Below, piece by piece: positions 19,111 to 29,110 of a DNA stretch of 64,000 bases. The stretch lies in assembly GCA_965246885.1 (NCBI GenBank), contig OZ251992.1:416001-480000 (forward strand). Direction: 5' to 3'. This DNA is from Abditibacterium sp. (lineage in GTDB: Bacteria; Armatimonadota; Abditibacteriia; Abditibacteriales; Abditibacteriaceae). Under the pieces are notes generated by a model. That model ran no database searches, was not told the origin of the DNA, and saw nothing but the letters and a program-made list of their open reading frames with translations. Within the stretch, counting starts at the first letter, position 1. Each line of letters begins with the position of its first letter. Made by a program: the position numbers and the translations under genes.

Positions 19111-20295
19111 ATGCAACCCGCCACCCCACTTGACCCATTAAACCCCTTCGCCGCCTTGCGCGCGGAAGCGGCGACCTTGGGCGCGGAAGCGGACGGGGTG
19201 TTCGCGGGGCAGTTTTGGACGGCGGGGCAGCGTCAGGGGCACTCGTTGCACGAGGTTTCATACCGCGCGTGCTTCAAGCCGCAACTGGCGGCGTTCTTTA
19301 TCGAGCGGTTTTCGCGGCCCGGCGAGTGGGTGTATGACCCGTTCATGGGGCGCGGCACGACCGTTTTGGAAGCGGCGCTGCGCGGGCGGCGGGCGTGGGG
19401 GAACGACCTCAACCCCGTGTGCGCGCGCTTGATTGCGCCCCGCTTGCAGCCGCCGGACGCGCTCGCGGTGCGGGAGAGGTTGGCGATGGAGCTACCGACG
19501 TCCGCCCTTGAGAGCGGGGAGTTGCTGGCGTTCTACCATCCGTCCACCCTCGCGGAGTTGGAAGCGTGGCGGCGCTATTTTGCGTCGCGCCGCGCGGCGG
19601 GGAGTTTCGACGGCGTGGACGGTTGGATCGAAATGGTCGCGTGTAGCCGCTTGAGCGGGCACTCGCCCGGCTTCTTTTCGGTGTATACCTTGCCGCCCAA
19701 TCAAGCGGTGTCGGTCGCGTCGCAACGGAAGATCAACGCCCGCCGCGCGCAAACGCCGCCCGCCCGCGATACTCGCGCCCTCATTTGGCGCAAGACGGCG
19801 CAACTGCTCGGCAGTCCGGCGCGCCCTGCGCCGCTCGCGCACCGCGTCACGACGGCCTGCGCCTCGCACTGCCCAGAGTGGGCGCGCGGGCAAGTGGACT
19901 TGGTCCTCACCTCGCCGCCGTTTCTCCATGTGGTGGACTACCGCGCCGACAACTGGTTGCGCGCGTGGTTCTTGGGCGTTAACCAGACGGACGCCGCGCT
20001 GTGGCAACCCCCGCAATTAGAGGAGTGGCGCGCGTCCATGAAGCGGGCCTTCACTGCGTGGCACGGGCTACTCAAGCTGACGGGCGCCGTCGTCGTTGAG
20101 GTGGGCGAGGTGCACGGCGGTAAGCTCGACCTCGAAAAGGTCGTCGCGGGGGTCGGCGAAGAAGCGGGCTTTGCGGTCGAGGCCATCCTTATCAACGGCG
20201 GGCGCTTCACTAAGACGGCGAACTGCTGGGGGATAGACAACATGAGCAAAGGCACCAACTCCAACCGGCTGGTCGTGTTCTCACGGCAGGCGTAG
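19111..20295 (+). CDS. DNA amino-methyltransferase (N4-C/N6-A family)
   Basis: DPFMGRGTT (motif I) precedes LTSPPF (motif IV). Confidence 0.88.
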   Translation: MQPATPLDPLNPFAALRAEAATLGAEADGVFAGQFWTAGQRQGHSLHEVSYRACFKPQLAAFFIERFSRPGEWVYDPFMGRGTTVLEAALRGRRAWGNDLNPVCARLIAPRLQPPDALAVRERLAMELPTSALESGELLAFYHPSTLAELEAWRRYFASRRAAGSFDGVDGWIEMVACSRLSGHSPGFFSVYTLPPNQAVSVASQRKINARRAQTPPARDTRALIWRKTAQLLGSPARPAPLAHRVTTACASHCPEWARGQVDLVLTSPPFLHVVDYRADNWLRAWFLGVNQTDAALWQPPQLEEWRASMKRAFTAWHGLLKLTGAVVVEVGEVHGGKLDLEKVVAGVGEEAGFAVEAILINGGRFTKTANCWGIDNMSKGTNSNRLVVFSRQA

Positions 20296-20339
20296 GGTCG
20301 CAAGAAGCGACCCGGCCCGTTTCCGCCAAACTGCTCCTC

Positions 20340-21677
20340 GTGTTGCACCTCGTTTTCAAGCCCCACCGCGAAACGCTACGCGCGCAAACGTCGGACGCGC
20401 AGAAGCTGTTCGTGCTCCTCAAGGTCATTCCCTCGGCAAGCGTGGGCGCGGTTCGCCCGCCCCTCGCGCTCGCGTTTGTGGTGGACACGAGCGGCTCGAT
20501 GCGCGAAGCGGGCGAAAGCGGGGGCCAAAGTTCCAAGTTGGAGGTCGCCATCCGCGCAGCGCAAAACGCGTTGGGAGACGCGCGGCTGGTGGAGGGCGAC
20601 CTCGTGAGCGTGATTCAGTTCGATGACCGCGCGCGCGTCGTGCTACCGCTCGCGCCTTTGGGAGATCGGCGCGCGGCATCTGCGGCGCTCAAGACGCTCG
20701 GCGGCTACACCGGGGGAACGCAAATCGCCAAGGGGCTGGAAGCGGCGCGCGGCGAATTAGCGCGCATCCTCCAAGCGGGTGTCGCGCAACGCGTGCTCTT
20801 GCTGACCGATGGGCAAGCCTTTGACGCCGAGTCGTGCCGCACTGCCGCCAAAGCACTTGCGCTGGCAAACGTGCCCCTTGTGGCGATTGGCGTGGGCGAT
20901 GACTACAACGAGGAACTCTTGCGCGACCTCGCCGAAATCGGGCGCGGGCGGCCCTACCACCTGTCCGAAATCGAGCGCTTGGAGGAAGTGTTCGGCATGG
21001 AAGTGCAGTCGTCCACGCGCGAAGTCGTGACGGGCTTGCGCGCGCACGTTCAGACCACCCCCGGCGTGACGCTGGGCGGCGCGACGCGCGTGTATCCCGA
21101 CTTGGCCGAAATGCCCGTTAGCGCCTTGGCCCCCGACGCGGCGACGGCGCCACTGGGCAACATCGCGGCGGGCGACTATACCGTCTTCATTCTGGAGATG
21201 ACCATCGCCGGAGCCGCGCGCGCGGTCGGGCGGGAGCGCTTGGCGACGGTGCAACTCTTCGGAAGCACCTCGACCGCCGCCGGGGAAATTGAGTCGCCCG
21301 CGACTGAGCTTGTCGTTTCCCTCTCCCTCGACGACGCCGATGCGGAACTGGTCAACGACGAAGTGCTCGGCTACGTCGAGCAGCGCAACGTGGACAGGCT
21401 GGTTCAAAACGCCGTCCGGCGCGCCCAAAGCGACGTTCCCGGCGCCCAGAAATCGCTGCGCATCGCGCTCGACATCACGCGCCGCATCGGAAACGCGCGC
21501 GCCACGCGGATGCTCCAACAGTCGCTTGACGAACTGGGCACGCGCGGCCAACTGTCGTCCTCCACGCGCAAGACCGTCCTACTCGAAACCCGCACGCGCA
21601 CGGTGAAGACCAAAGTGGCGGACGCCCTCGACGACGTTCCCGCCGACGACGACATCCACCGCCTGACGGGGGCTTAA
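20340..21677 (+). CDS. von Willebrand factor A domain protein
   Basis: MIDAS DTSGSM, GGT, LLTDG. Confidence 0.92.
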   Translation: MLHLVFKPHRETLRAQTSDAQKLFVLLKVIPSASVGAVRPPLALAFVVDTSGSMREAGESGGQSSKLEVAIRAAQNALGDARLVEGDLVSVIQFDDRARVVLPLAPLGDRRAASAALKTLGGYTGGTQIAKGLEAARGELARILQAGVAQRVLLLTDGQAFDAESCRTAAKALALANVPLVAIGVGDDYNEELLRDLAEIGRGRPYHLSEIERLEEVFGMEVQSSTREVVTGLRAHVQTTPGVTLGGATRVYPDLAEMPVSALAPDAATAPLGNIAAGDYTVFILEMTIAGAARAVGRERLATVQLFGSTSTAAGEIESPATELVVSLSLDDADAELVNDEVLGYVEQRNVDRLVQNAVRRAQSDVPGAQKSLRIALDITRRIGNARATRMLQQSLDELGTRGQLSSSTRKTVLLETRTRTVKTKVADALDDVPADDDIHRLTGA

Positions 21678-21719
21678 GAGCCTTGCCACTCGAAGGGCAA
21701 CGCGCGAAACTGCGAACGT

Positions 21720-24700
21720 ATGTTCTGCCCCCTGTGCGAGTCGGAGAACCCTGCCGCTTCCAAGCGGTGCCGCGCGTGCGGCGCCTCCTTGGGCGCACGG
21801 GAAGCGTCCGGGCCAAACGAGGCGCCCGATGCGCTTGCGGTCGGCTCCGTTTTGGGGCGGCTGTATTTGGTCGAGGGCATCTTGGGGCAGGGCGGGTTCG
21901 GCATTACTTACCGTTGCCGCGACCAGATGTTGGAGCGGCCCGTCGCGGTCAAGGAGTTTTTCCCGATGGGCAGTCGGCGCGCGGGCGTAGCTGTCGAGCC
22001 GGGGCGCACCTCGTCCGACCAGTTCCGCGAAGCGCGCGCCCAGTTCCTGAGCGAAGCCAAGCTGCTCGCGCGCTGCCACCATCCCGGCGTGGTGATGGTG
22101 CACACCGCTTTCGAGGAGAACGGCACGGCGTACATGGTCATGGAGCTTTTGCACGGCCAGAACCTGATGCAGCTTATGGACGCCCGTGCGGGCGCGACGC
22201 CCGAAGCCGACGCCCTTGCGCCCATCGAGCGCGTCGGGCAGGCGCTGGAATACGTGCACTCCCAAGGGCTTCTGCACCGCGACATCAAGCCGGAAAACAT
22301 CATCGCTTGCGACGACGGGCGCGTAATGCTCATTGACTTCGGCACGGCGCGTGAATACGCGCAAGGGCAGTCGCAAGGCCACACCGTCGCCGTCACACCG
22401 GGTTTTGCGCCGCTCGAACAATACGCCAAGCAAGCCAAGCGCGGCGCCTTCACCGACGTTTACGGCTTGGCCGCGACGCTGTATTACTTGCTGACGGGCG
22501 CCCCGCCGCCCGCCGCGAGTGACCGCGCGATGGGCGTGGTCGTGCGCCCCCTGCGCGAGCAGAACCCACGCGTGAGCGCCCCCGTCGCGCACGCGGTCGA
22601 AGCCGGATTGCAAATGGAAATCGCCCGCCGCCCGCAAAGCGTGCGCGCTTTTCTGGAACTGCTGCACGCCCCCGCAAGCGAAGCGCCCACCCTCCTGCCG
22701 CCGACGCCCTTCCCACCCGCGCTTTCCCAAGCCGAAACAGAAGCAAACCTGCAAGCACAAATCGCGGGATTCGTGTCGCTTTTGCCCGCTCCCAATCCGA
22801 CAATCCCCCTCGCGCCCACCCCATTCGCGCCCGTCGCGCTCGCGCCACTCGCCCCAGCCCCAGATAAACCCTCGCTCCCGCGCCCATCGTCCGCATCGTT
22901 GCCCTCGCCGTTCACCTCGTCGTCCTTGGCGCCCACCACGCCGTATCTGCCGCCCTCGACGCCGCTCAATCAGGGCGGCGGCATCGGGGTGAATGACACG
23001 ACACCCAGCAACATACTCCGTTGGGTTGTCGGCGTCCCTATCCTCATCACTTCCATGTTGATGGCGCTTCAATGCGCCACCAGTCCCCCTACTCCGCCCA
23101 GTTCCATCACTTGGACATCCCCCGGCAACCCGCCTAACTTCTCGCCGCCTAATTACTCCTCGCCGCCAACCAACTACTCGCCCAACTTCAGCACCCCCGC
23201 GCCCGCCGGAATCACGGAACCCCTTCCCGGCATCGCCCCGTTGTCGGTGCAAAAATTGCCGGTGAGTCTGGGTGCTAAATTGGGGGACTCCGCACCCTTT
23301 TTCCCCAATTGGGCCACCTTCTCGCCGGACGGCAAGTGGGTGGCCTACTGCGATGCCGCGAACGTGGTACGCGTGTGGAGCCAAAGCGCGCGTCGTGTGG
23401 TGCGAACGTTGCCGCAACCCAAGGAACACCCCATTCGTGAGATGAGTTTTGCCCCTTCCGGTAAGCTACTGGCCACATTTTACCGAGGAGAACCAGATTA
23501 CGGATGTAACCGCGTCAGCGTGTGGAATGTCCAATCGGGGAAAGTTCTGGGAACACTCGATGTCGGTTCAGAGGGAGAACGGTTCGATATAGGCGCGGTG
23601 CGCTCCGATGGGCAGGTCTTACTCTATCATGGCACAAGCTGGAGTAACAGCGCGACCCGCCCCACTTCATGGTTTTGGTGGAATCCGCGCACGGGCAGCA
23701 AAACTCCATCGGCTCTTGGCCGTAGAGTAGTTGACAACGAAGTGGCTTTTTCGCCACAAACTGGGAAGTTGGTCACGGGCGACCGCGCTGGCCACATCTC
23801 TTGGTTCGATGCGCGCACTGGGGCGCTGACGGCGCAAAACAAAGCTCTTTTAACCGTGCGCCAGTTCCGCGCGTCATCCGCCTACCGCCAAGTGTTGGAG
23901 TCCTCTCTGGAGGGCAAACAGCTTGACGCTCCGCTTATGGTGGACACGCTGAAATTCTCCTCGAACGGCTCCTTTGTGGCCAGCCGGAACTTGGGGGAGA
24001 TTTGCGTTTTCGACCACAACGGCCAGTCGGTGGGAACGATAACCGCGCCCTTCTCTTCCACCTTCGCCGTCTCGCCTGATGGTCTTTTAGTTGTGGACTC
24101 TCCCTTCTCGTATGCGTCCGAACAGGGCATCCAACTTCTTGCGCTTGGTCAGGGGCAGGGGGCGCGTCTGCTTGTTCGCAAACCAATGAAGGGATATGGG
24201 GGCGCCGTCACTTTCTCGCCCGATGGCAAGCGCGCGCAGGCTGTCGTGCAGACCGCCGAAGGCATCGCGCTGTACACATGGCCCGTGAAGGAGCATAAAC
24301 CAAGCGTCCCGCGCGTCGCCGGGGTATCCGCCCCGTTTAGCTTCGCGCCTTACGCGCTTACCGGAACGAGGGGATTTAGCTCTTCTCCGGGAGCGGCGCA
24401 CGCCGTATCCGATAAGTTTGTTGCCTCAGTGAGTAATGGGGCCGCCTACATCAATGACGTGGGTGGTTCATCGATCAAAACGATGGGGGTAAACGTCGGG
24501 GGAGCCGTCCAACAGGGCGACTTGGCCGCGTCGCCCGATGGCGGGCTACTGGGTGTGCGCGGCCCGACCGGACAAACGCAGGTGTTGAAAGTGGACGGGG
24601 GGGCGCCGCTTTCCTTCAGGGCGTCGCCGCCTTCTCCTGCCAACGGGAATCCCCAAGGCCAAAACAAGAGCCTCGTCTTTTCGCCCGACCACCGCTTAGT

Positions 24701-25364
24701 GGCGCTTGTGGGAGCAAACAGTGGCAGCGAGGTCGTGGAGTTGTGGGCTTTGCAGGGGGTACCCCGGCGTCTGGCGTCCATCAGTCACACCGCGCCCGCG
24801 ACTGCCCTCGCGTTTTCGCCCAATGGCCGCGCCTTGCTCATCGGATACAAGGGCGGCGCCGTGCAGTGGTTTGATGTGTGGACGCGAAGGGTGGCGGCGG
24901 AGACCGCGATTGACTCGGCGTCCACTGCGGTCGCGGCCATTGCTACTTCGGGCAAGGGTTGGTTGGTCGCTAAAAAGAACGGCGGCACTTTGAGCGTCGT
25001 TCGCTACGGCGGCGCGGATACGGCGGACAGCGCTACAGCAAGCGCGGCGCTGTCGTCGCCCAACGTGCTGTTTTCGGTAGAAGCTACCACCGACATCGCC
25101 GCCTTCTCGCCGGATGGCAACGTATTGGCGGCGCCGTTCGTGGGTGCCAATAGCCAAAGCATCAACTTTTGGAACGCGGCGGCGGGGTCGTTCTTGCAAA
25201 AGTTGTTAGTCAGCCAACTACCAGACGATAATCCACTGCGCTTCCAATCCCTCTCCTTCTCGCCCGACGGCAAGCGCCTCTCCTGCTTGCGATTCAACCC
25301 ACAGAACTCTGTTGCCGAAGTTGGGACGTGGCAGCAACCCGCCGCGCCAAGGTCGGGGAGTTAG
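21720..25364 (+). CDS. Ser/Thr protein kinase: zinc ribbon, kinase, Pro-rich linker, TM, WD40-like propellers
   Basis: LGQGGFG, VAVKE, HRDIKPEN, DFG; many FSPDG repeats after a hydrophobic segment. Confidence 0.93.
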   Translation: MFCPLCESENPAASKRCRACGASLGAREASGPNEAPDALAVGSVLGRLYLVEGILGQGGFGITYRCRDQMLERPVAVKEFFPMGSRRAGVAVEPGRTSSDQFREARAQFLSEAKLLARCHHPGVVMVHTAFEENGTAYMVMELLHGQNLMQLMDARAGATPEADALAPIERVGQALEYVHSQGLLHRDIKPENIIACDDGRVMLIDFGTAREYAQGQSQGHTVAVTPGFAPLEQYAKQAKRGAFTDVYGLAATLYYLLTGAPPPAASDRAMGVVVRPLREQNPRVSAPVAHAVEAGLQMEIARRPQSVRAFLELLHAPASEAPTLLPPTPFPPALSQAETEANLQAQIAGFVSLLPAPNPTIPLAPTPFAPVALAPLAPAPDKPSLPRPSSASLPSPFTSSSLAPTTPYLPPSTPLNQGGGIGVNDTTPSNILRWVVGVPILITSMLMALQCATSPPTPPSSITWTSPGNPPNFSPPNYSSPPTNYSPNFSTPAPAGITEPLPGIAPLSVQKLPVSLGAKLGDSAPFFPNWATFSPDGKWVAYCDAANVVRVWSQSARRVVRTLPQPKEHPIREMSFAPSGKLLATFYRGEPDYGCNRVSVWNVQSGKVLGTLDVGSEGERFDIGAVRSDGQVLLYHGTSWSNSATRPTSWFWWNPRTGSKTPSALGRRVVDNEVAFSPQTGKLVTGDRAGHISWFDARTGALTAQNKALLTVRQFRASSAYRQVLESSLEGKQLDAPLMVDTLKFSSNGSFVASRNLGEICVFDHNGQSVGTITAPFSSTFAVSPDGLLVVDSPFSYASEQGIQLLALGQGQGARLLVRKPMKGYGGAVTFSPDGKRAQAVVQTAEGIALYTWPVKEHKPSVPRVAGVSAPFSFAPYALTGTRGFSSSPGAAHAVSDKFVASVSNGAAYINDVGGSSIKTMGVNVGGAVQQGDLAASPDGGLLGVRGPTGQTQVLKVDGGAPLSFRASPPSPANGNPQGQNKSLVFSPDHRLVALVGANSGSEVVELWALQGVPRRLASISHTAPATALAFSPNGRALLIGYKGGAVQWFDVWTRRVAAETAIDSASTAVAAIATSGKGWLVAKKNGGTLSVVRYGGADTADSATASAALSSPNVLFSVEATTDIAAFSPDGNVLAAPFVGANSQSINFWNAAAGSFLQKLLVSQLPDDNPLRFQSLSFSPDGKRLSCLRFNPQNSVAEVGTWQQPAAPRSGS

Positions 25365-25367
25365 CCT

Positions 25368-26477
25368 ATGCGCTGCCATATTTGCAGTGCGCCTGCGCCC
25401 GCCGAGGGCGTCGCTTGCCGCGCGTGCGGCGCGCGGTTGCGCGTGGCCACCTCCGCCGTCGTTGCGCCGCGCGCGCCGCTACCGACTTTGGCGCCGGTGC
25501 CGGTGGGCGGGGCGAGGGAGGAGGCGCGAGTTCTACTGGCGCATATTCGGCGGGCAGTCGGGGCGCCGCGCATCGTGGCGGGCGGGTTCATCGGGGGCGC
25601 GGCCGGCGCGGCCCTGCCGATGTTCGTCCTTGAGAATGGGGCGCTGCAAAGGTGGGACGTGGCGGGCGGACTTTCGGCCCCTTCTCCGGCGCCGCATTAC
25701 CGCAAGGGAAAGAATGGCCCGATCACCTGTGCAGCGTTCGCGCCGACGGAGGGTTTCTTTGCAACGGGGCACGAGTCGGGATTGATAACGTGGCACCGTC
25801 TCGCGGCGGGCAAGCGGGAGGTCGCATTGTGCCCCGCGCATCGGGGGCGGGTCTTGTCGCTTGGCTTTGCGGGGGCGCGTTTATGGAGCGCGGGGAGCGA
25901 TGGAAGCGTCGTTGCACTTGAACCAAGTGCAACGACGGTTGGGAGAGAGCAAATCGTCCTCGACGGACTCGCGTGGCTGGTGTGCATGACGGTTGCGCCC
26001 GATGGCGCGTGGCTGGCGCTTGGCGGCGACGGCGGGGAATTGGAAATGCGGCGCGTTTCACCCGATGGGGAAGCAAAACGGCGCGAATGGGCGGCGGAAC
26101 TGGGCGGCGCCCGGATGAAGTCGCTCGCCTTTTCAACAAACGGCAAGATGCTTTACGGGCGCGACGCGACGGGAACGGTGCGTTTGTGGGCCGCGCAAAC
26201 CGGCCACGAACTTCAGTCGTTCCCCTCAGACACAGACGCGGGCGGTGCGGCGCCTGCCCTCGCGCCCGACAACCGTTTGCTTGCCCTTGCCGGAGCGCAT
26301 CGGGAAGTGCGCCTCTTCGACGCATGGACGGGCGCCGCACCTCCGCCGCTTGCGCTTCCCTTTGAGGGCGCCCACTCCCTTGCGTTTGCCCCTTTATCAG
26401 AAGACGGAGGCCGCCACACGTTGCTGTTGGCTACCGGAGCGAATGTCGCCGCCATCTGGAAAATCGGACTACCATAA
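25368..26477 (+). CDS. Zinc-ribbon plus WD40-repeat protein
   Basis: CHIC...CRAC N-terminus; WD-like blades. Confidence 0.8.
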   Translation: MRCHICSAPAPAEGVACRACGARLRVATSAVVAPRAPLPTLAPVPVGGAREEARVLLAHIRRAVGAPRIVAGGFIGGAAGAALPMFVLENGALQRWDVAGGLSAPSPAPHYRKGKNGPITCAAFAPTEGFFATGHESGLITWHRLAAGKREVALCPAHRGRVLSLGFAGARLWSAGSDGSVVALEPSATTVGREQIVLDGLAWLVCMTVAPDGAWLALGGDGGELEMRRVSPDGEAKRREWAAELGGARMKSLAFSTNGKMLYGRDATGTVRLWAAQTGHELQSFPSDTDAGGAAPALAPDNRLLALAGAHREVRLFDAWTGAAPPPLALPFEGAHSLAFAPLSEDGGRHTLLLATGANVAAIWKIGLP

Positions 26478-26566
26478 CACGGCGGCGCCTAACTTTGGCG
26501 CTTAATCCGGCCTCTTGGCAAAAAGCGTGAATTAACGGGCCACAAATAGCGTTTCGTCGGGCGGAT

Positions 26567-28105
26567 GTGGCACACATCGCAGTCAAGGCGAACGCAAAGG
26601 TTCCCGACCCTATGGCTTTACTTCCCGGTGGCACCCGGCCCCGCTTCGGCGGCGCATCCGGCCCAATTCCTCCCCTTCCCAACGGCAACGGTGGCGGCTC
26701 GGCCCTTGCCGAGCGGCCCGCGCCCGCTCCGGCTTCCGCGCCCGAAGAGGAAAAGGTCGCCCCCAAAACCGAGGGCGGCGCGGTCGCGTCGTTCCTGCTG
26801 TCGGAAATGGAGATGCCGGTGGATGCCGACGACGCCGACTTCGACGACGAGATGCTGCGGCTTTCCCATAAAATCCACCTCGTTTTGGTGGACGAGTTGG
26901 GAGGGCAGCAGTTCAAGTCCGACGACCGCGAACGGCTCCGCCCCGTCGCGCAACAGGTGATGAACGACGTGCTCAAAGACGAGAAGCCGCTCATGCCCAA
27001 GCGCCGCGCCGTGCTTCTGGAGGAAGTGCTCAACGAAGTGCTGGGCTTCGGGCCGATGCAATACCTGCTCAACGACCCCTCCATCTCGGAAATCATGGTC
27101 AACAGCCCCGTTGACATCTTCATCGAGCGCAAGGGCAAAATCTGCCGCTCCCGGCGCAAGTTCGTGGACGACAACCACGTCATGAACATCGTTGACCGCA
27201 TCGTCCGGCCCCTTGGCAAAACCGCCAACGCGCGCACGCCGATGGTGGACGGACGCCTCCCGGACGGAAGCCGCGTCAACATCGTTATCCCACCGCTCGC
27301 GCTCAACGGGCCGAGCATGAGCATCCGCAAATTCTTCAAAAAGAAGCTCGACTCCGAAGCCCTCGTTACCTTCGGCTCCATGACCGAGGGGATGCGCCTG
27401 TTCTTGGAAGCCGCCGTCAAAGCGCGCATGAACATCATCATCGCGGGCGGCACCGGTTCGGGCAAAACCACCACGCTCAACATCACCTCGAACTTTATCC
27501 CGCAAGGCGAGCGCGTCGTCACCATCGAAGACGCCGCCGAATTGCAGGTGTATATCCCGAACATCGTGCGCCTCGAATCGCGCCCGAAGAACATCGAAGG
27601 CGAAGGCGAAGTCACCATCCGCGACCTCGTGAAGAACGCCCTTCGTATGCGTCCCGACCGCGTGATTGTGGGCGAATGTCGCGGCGGCGAAACGCTCGAC
27701 ATGCTGCAAGCGATGAACACCGGTCACGAAGGCTCTCTCTCCACCGTTCACTCCAATACGCCGCGCGACACCATCTCCCGCTTGGAAACGCTGTGCTTGA
27801 TGAGCGGCTTGGAACTTCCGATTCGCGTTATCTCCAAACAAATCTCCAGCGCCGTCAACCTCATCGTCCAGCAAGCGCGCTTGTCGGACGGGAGCCGCAA
27901 AATCACCCACATCACCGAAGTGCAGGGCATGGAAGGCGACACGCTTTTGCTGCAAGACATCTTTATCTTCGAGCAAAAGGGCCGCACGTCCGAAGGCAAA
28001 GTCATTGGCCGCCACCGCGCCACCGGCTTTCGCCCCAAGTGCATGCACGAAATCGAATCGCGCGGCTACTCCTTGCCGCGCAACCTGTTCCAACCCGAAG
28101 GATAA
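26567..28105 (+). CDS. cpaF: Tad/Flp pilus assembly ATPase
   Basis: GGTGSGKTT, TIEDAAEL, LRMRPDR, AMNTGHEG. Confidence 0.95.
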   Translation: MAHIAVKANAKVPDPMALLPGGTRPRFGGASGPIPPLPNGNGGGSALAERPAPAPASAPEEEKVAPKTEGGAVASFLLSEMEMPVDADDADFDDEMLRLSHKIHLVLVDELGGQQFKSDDRERLRPVAQQVMNDVLKDEKPLMPKRRAVLLEEVLNEVLGFGPMQYLLNDPSISEIMVNSPVDIFIERKGKICRSRRKFVDDNHVMNIVDRIVRPLGKTANARTPMVDGRLPDGSRVNIVIPPLALNGPSMSIRKFFKKKLDSEALVTFGSMTEGMRLFLEAAVKARMNIIIAGGTGSGKTTTLNITSNFIPQGERVVTIEDAAELQVYIPNIVRLESRPKNIEGEGEVTIRDLVKNALRMRPDRVIVGECRGGETLDMLQAMNTGHEGSLSTVHSNTPRDTISRLETLCLMSGLELPIRVISKQISSAVNLIVQQARLSDGSRKITHITEVQGMEGDTLLLQDIFIFEQKGRTSEGKVIGRHRATGFRPKCMHEIESRGYSLPRNLFQPEG

Positions 28106-28129
28106 GCGCGCCGCGCCCATTAAACAGCT

Positions 28130-29092
28130 ATGCAAACCATGCTCATTCTCCTTGTGGTCGTCAACATCATTGGGTTGGCGGCGACAAAAATGAAAAAGAA
28201 GTCTGCCGTTACCACTGATGGCGTCTCGGTCGCCTCGGTGCAGGACACCATCACCCGCTCCAAGAACGAGCGGTTCGCGCTCATCGCCCGCTTCATGAAG
28301 GGGCGCAAAGACGCCGGTCTCATTGAGCGCAACCTCACCACTGCCGGGTTGCTCATCAAGCCGTCGGAGTTCTTCTTCATCAACTTGCTGGTGCTGGCGT
28401 TCATGGTGCTGATGGCCATCGCATACTTGTCGCTCAAGTGGCCCAACGATGGCGCCTTCTTTACCCTTGTCAAGCGGATGTGTTTTCTGGGCACGATGGC
28501 GCTCATTGGGTGGAAAGGGCCGCAAGGCTTTTTGCAGTTCAAAGCGAACGGGCGCCGCGCGAAGTTGGAATATCAACTCGCCGACGCGCTCACCATCATC
28601 TCGTCGGGACTTAAGGGAGGCTACTCCTTTGCTCAGGGCCTCGACATGGCGGGCACGCAGATGGAGGAACCGATTAAGTCGGAAATCGAGCGCGTCATGC
28701 GCCTCATTCAACTGGGTCTGGACACGCCCAAAGCGCTCACGCAAATGTCCGAGCGCGTCAACTCCTACGACTACGACATGACCGTGAGCGCCACCAACAT
28801 CCAGTTGGCCGTCGGCGGCAACTTGTCCGCGCTGTTGGAAGGCATCTCGGCCACCATCCGCGACCGCATCCGTTTGCGCCGCGACGTGGCGGCCCTCACC
28901 GCTCAGGGGCGCATTTCCGGCGGCATCCTCTTCGTGTTGCCCCTTGGCATTGCCTTCTTTTTGTGCGGCATCAACTGGGATTACATGTCCTCCCTCTTCA
29001 CCGAAAAGGGTATGTACTTCGTCTATGGCGCCATGACCATGCAGGGCTTGGGCTTTCTGTGGATGAAGAAACTTCTGGACTTCGATAATTAA
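28130..29092 (+). CDS. tadB: Tad pilus membrane protein (T2SSF domain)
   Basis: LADAL, GGNL, LTAQGRIS; follows cpaF. Confidence 0.9.
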   Translation: MQTMLILLVVVNIIGLAATKMKKKSAVTTDGVSVASVQDTITRSKNERFALIARFMKGRKDAGLIERNLTTAGLLIKPSEFFFINLLVLAFMVLMAIAYLSLKWPNDGAFFTLVKRMCFLGTMALIGWKGPQGFLQFKANGRRAKLEYQLADALTIISSGLKGGYSFAQGLDMAGTQMEEPIKSEIERVMRLIQLGLDTPKALTQMSERVNSYDYDMTVSATNIQLAVGGNLSALLEGISATIRDRIRLRRDVAALTAQGRISGGILFVLPLGIAFFLCGINWDYMSSLFTEKGMYFVYGAMTMQGLGFLWMKKLLDFDN

Positions 29093-29110
29093 CCTCCGTC
29101 AACCACCACC

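Noticed and set aside
17354..20295. Canonical type III restriction-modification system
   Set aside because: The helicase is short with no recognisable nuclease domain, and methylase motif order and gene order differ from mod-res.
26618..28744. 708-aa minus-strand ORF
   Set aside because: Antisense to cpaF and tadB; typical high-GC artefact.
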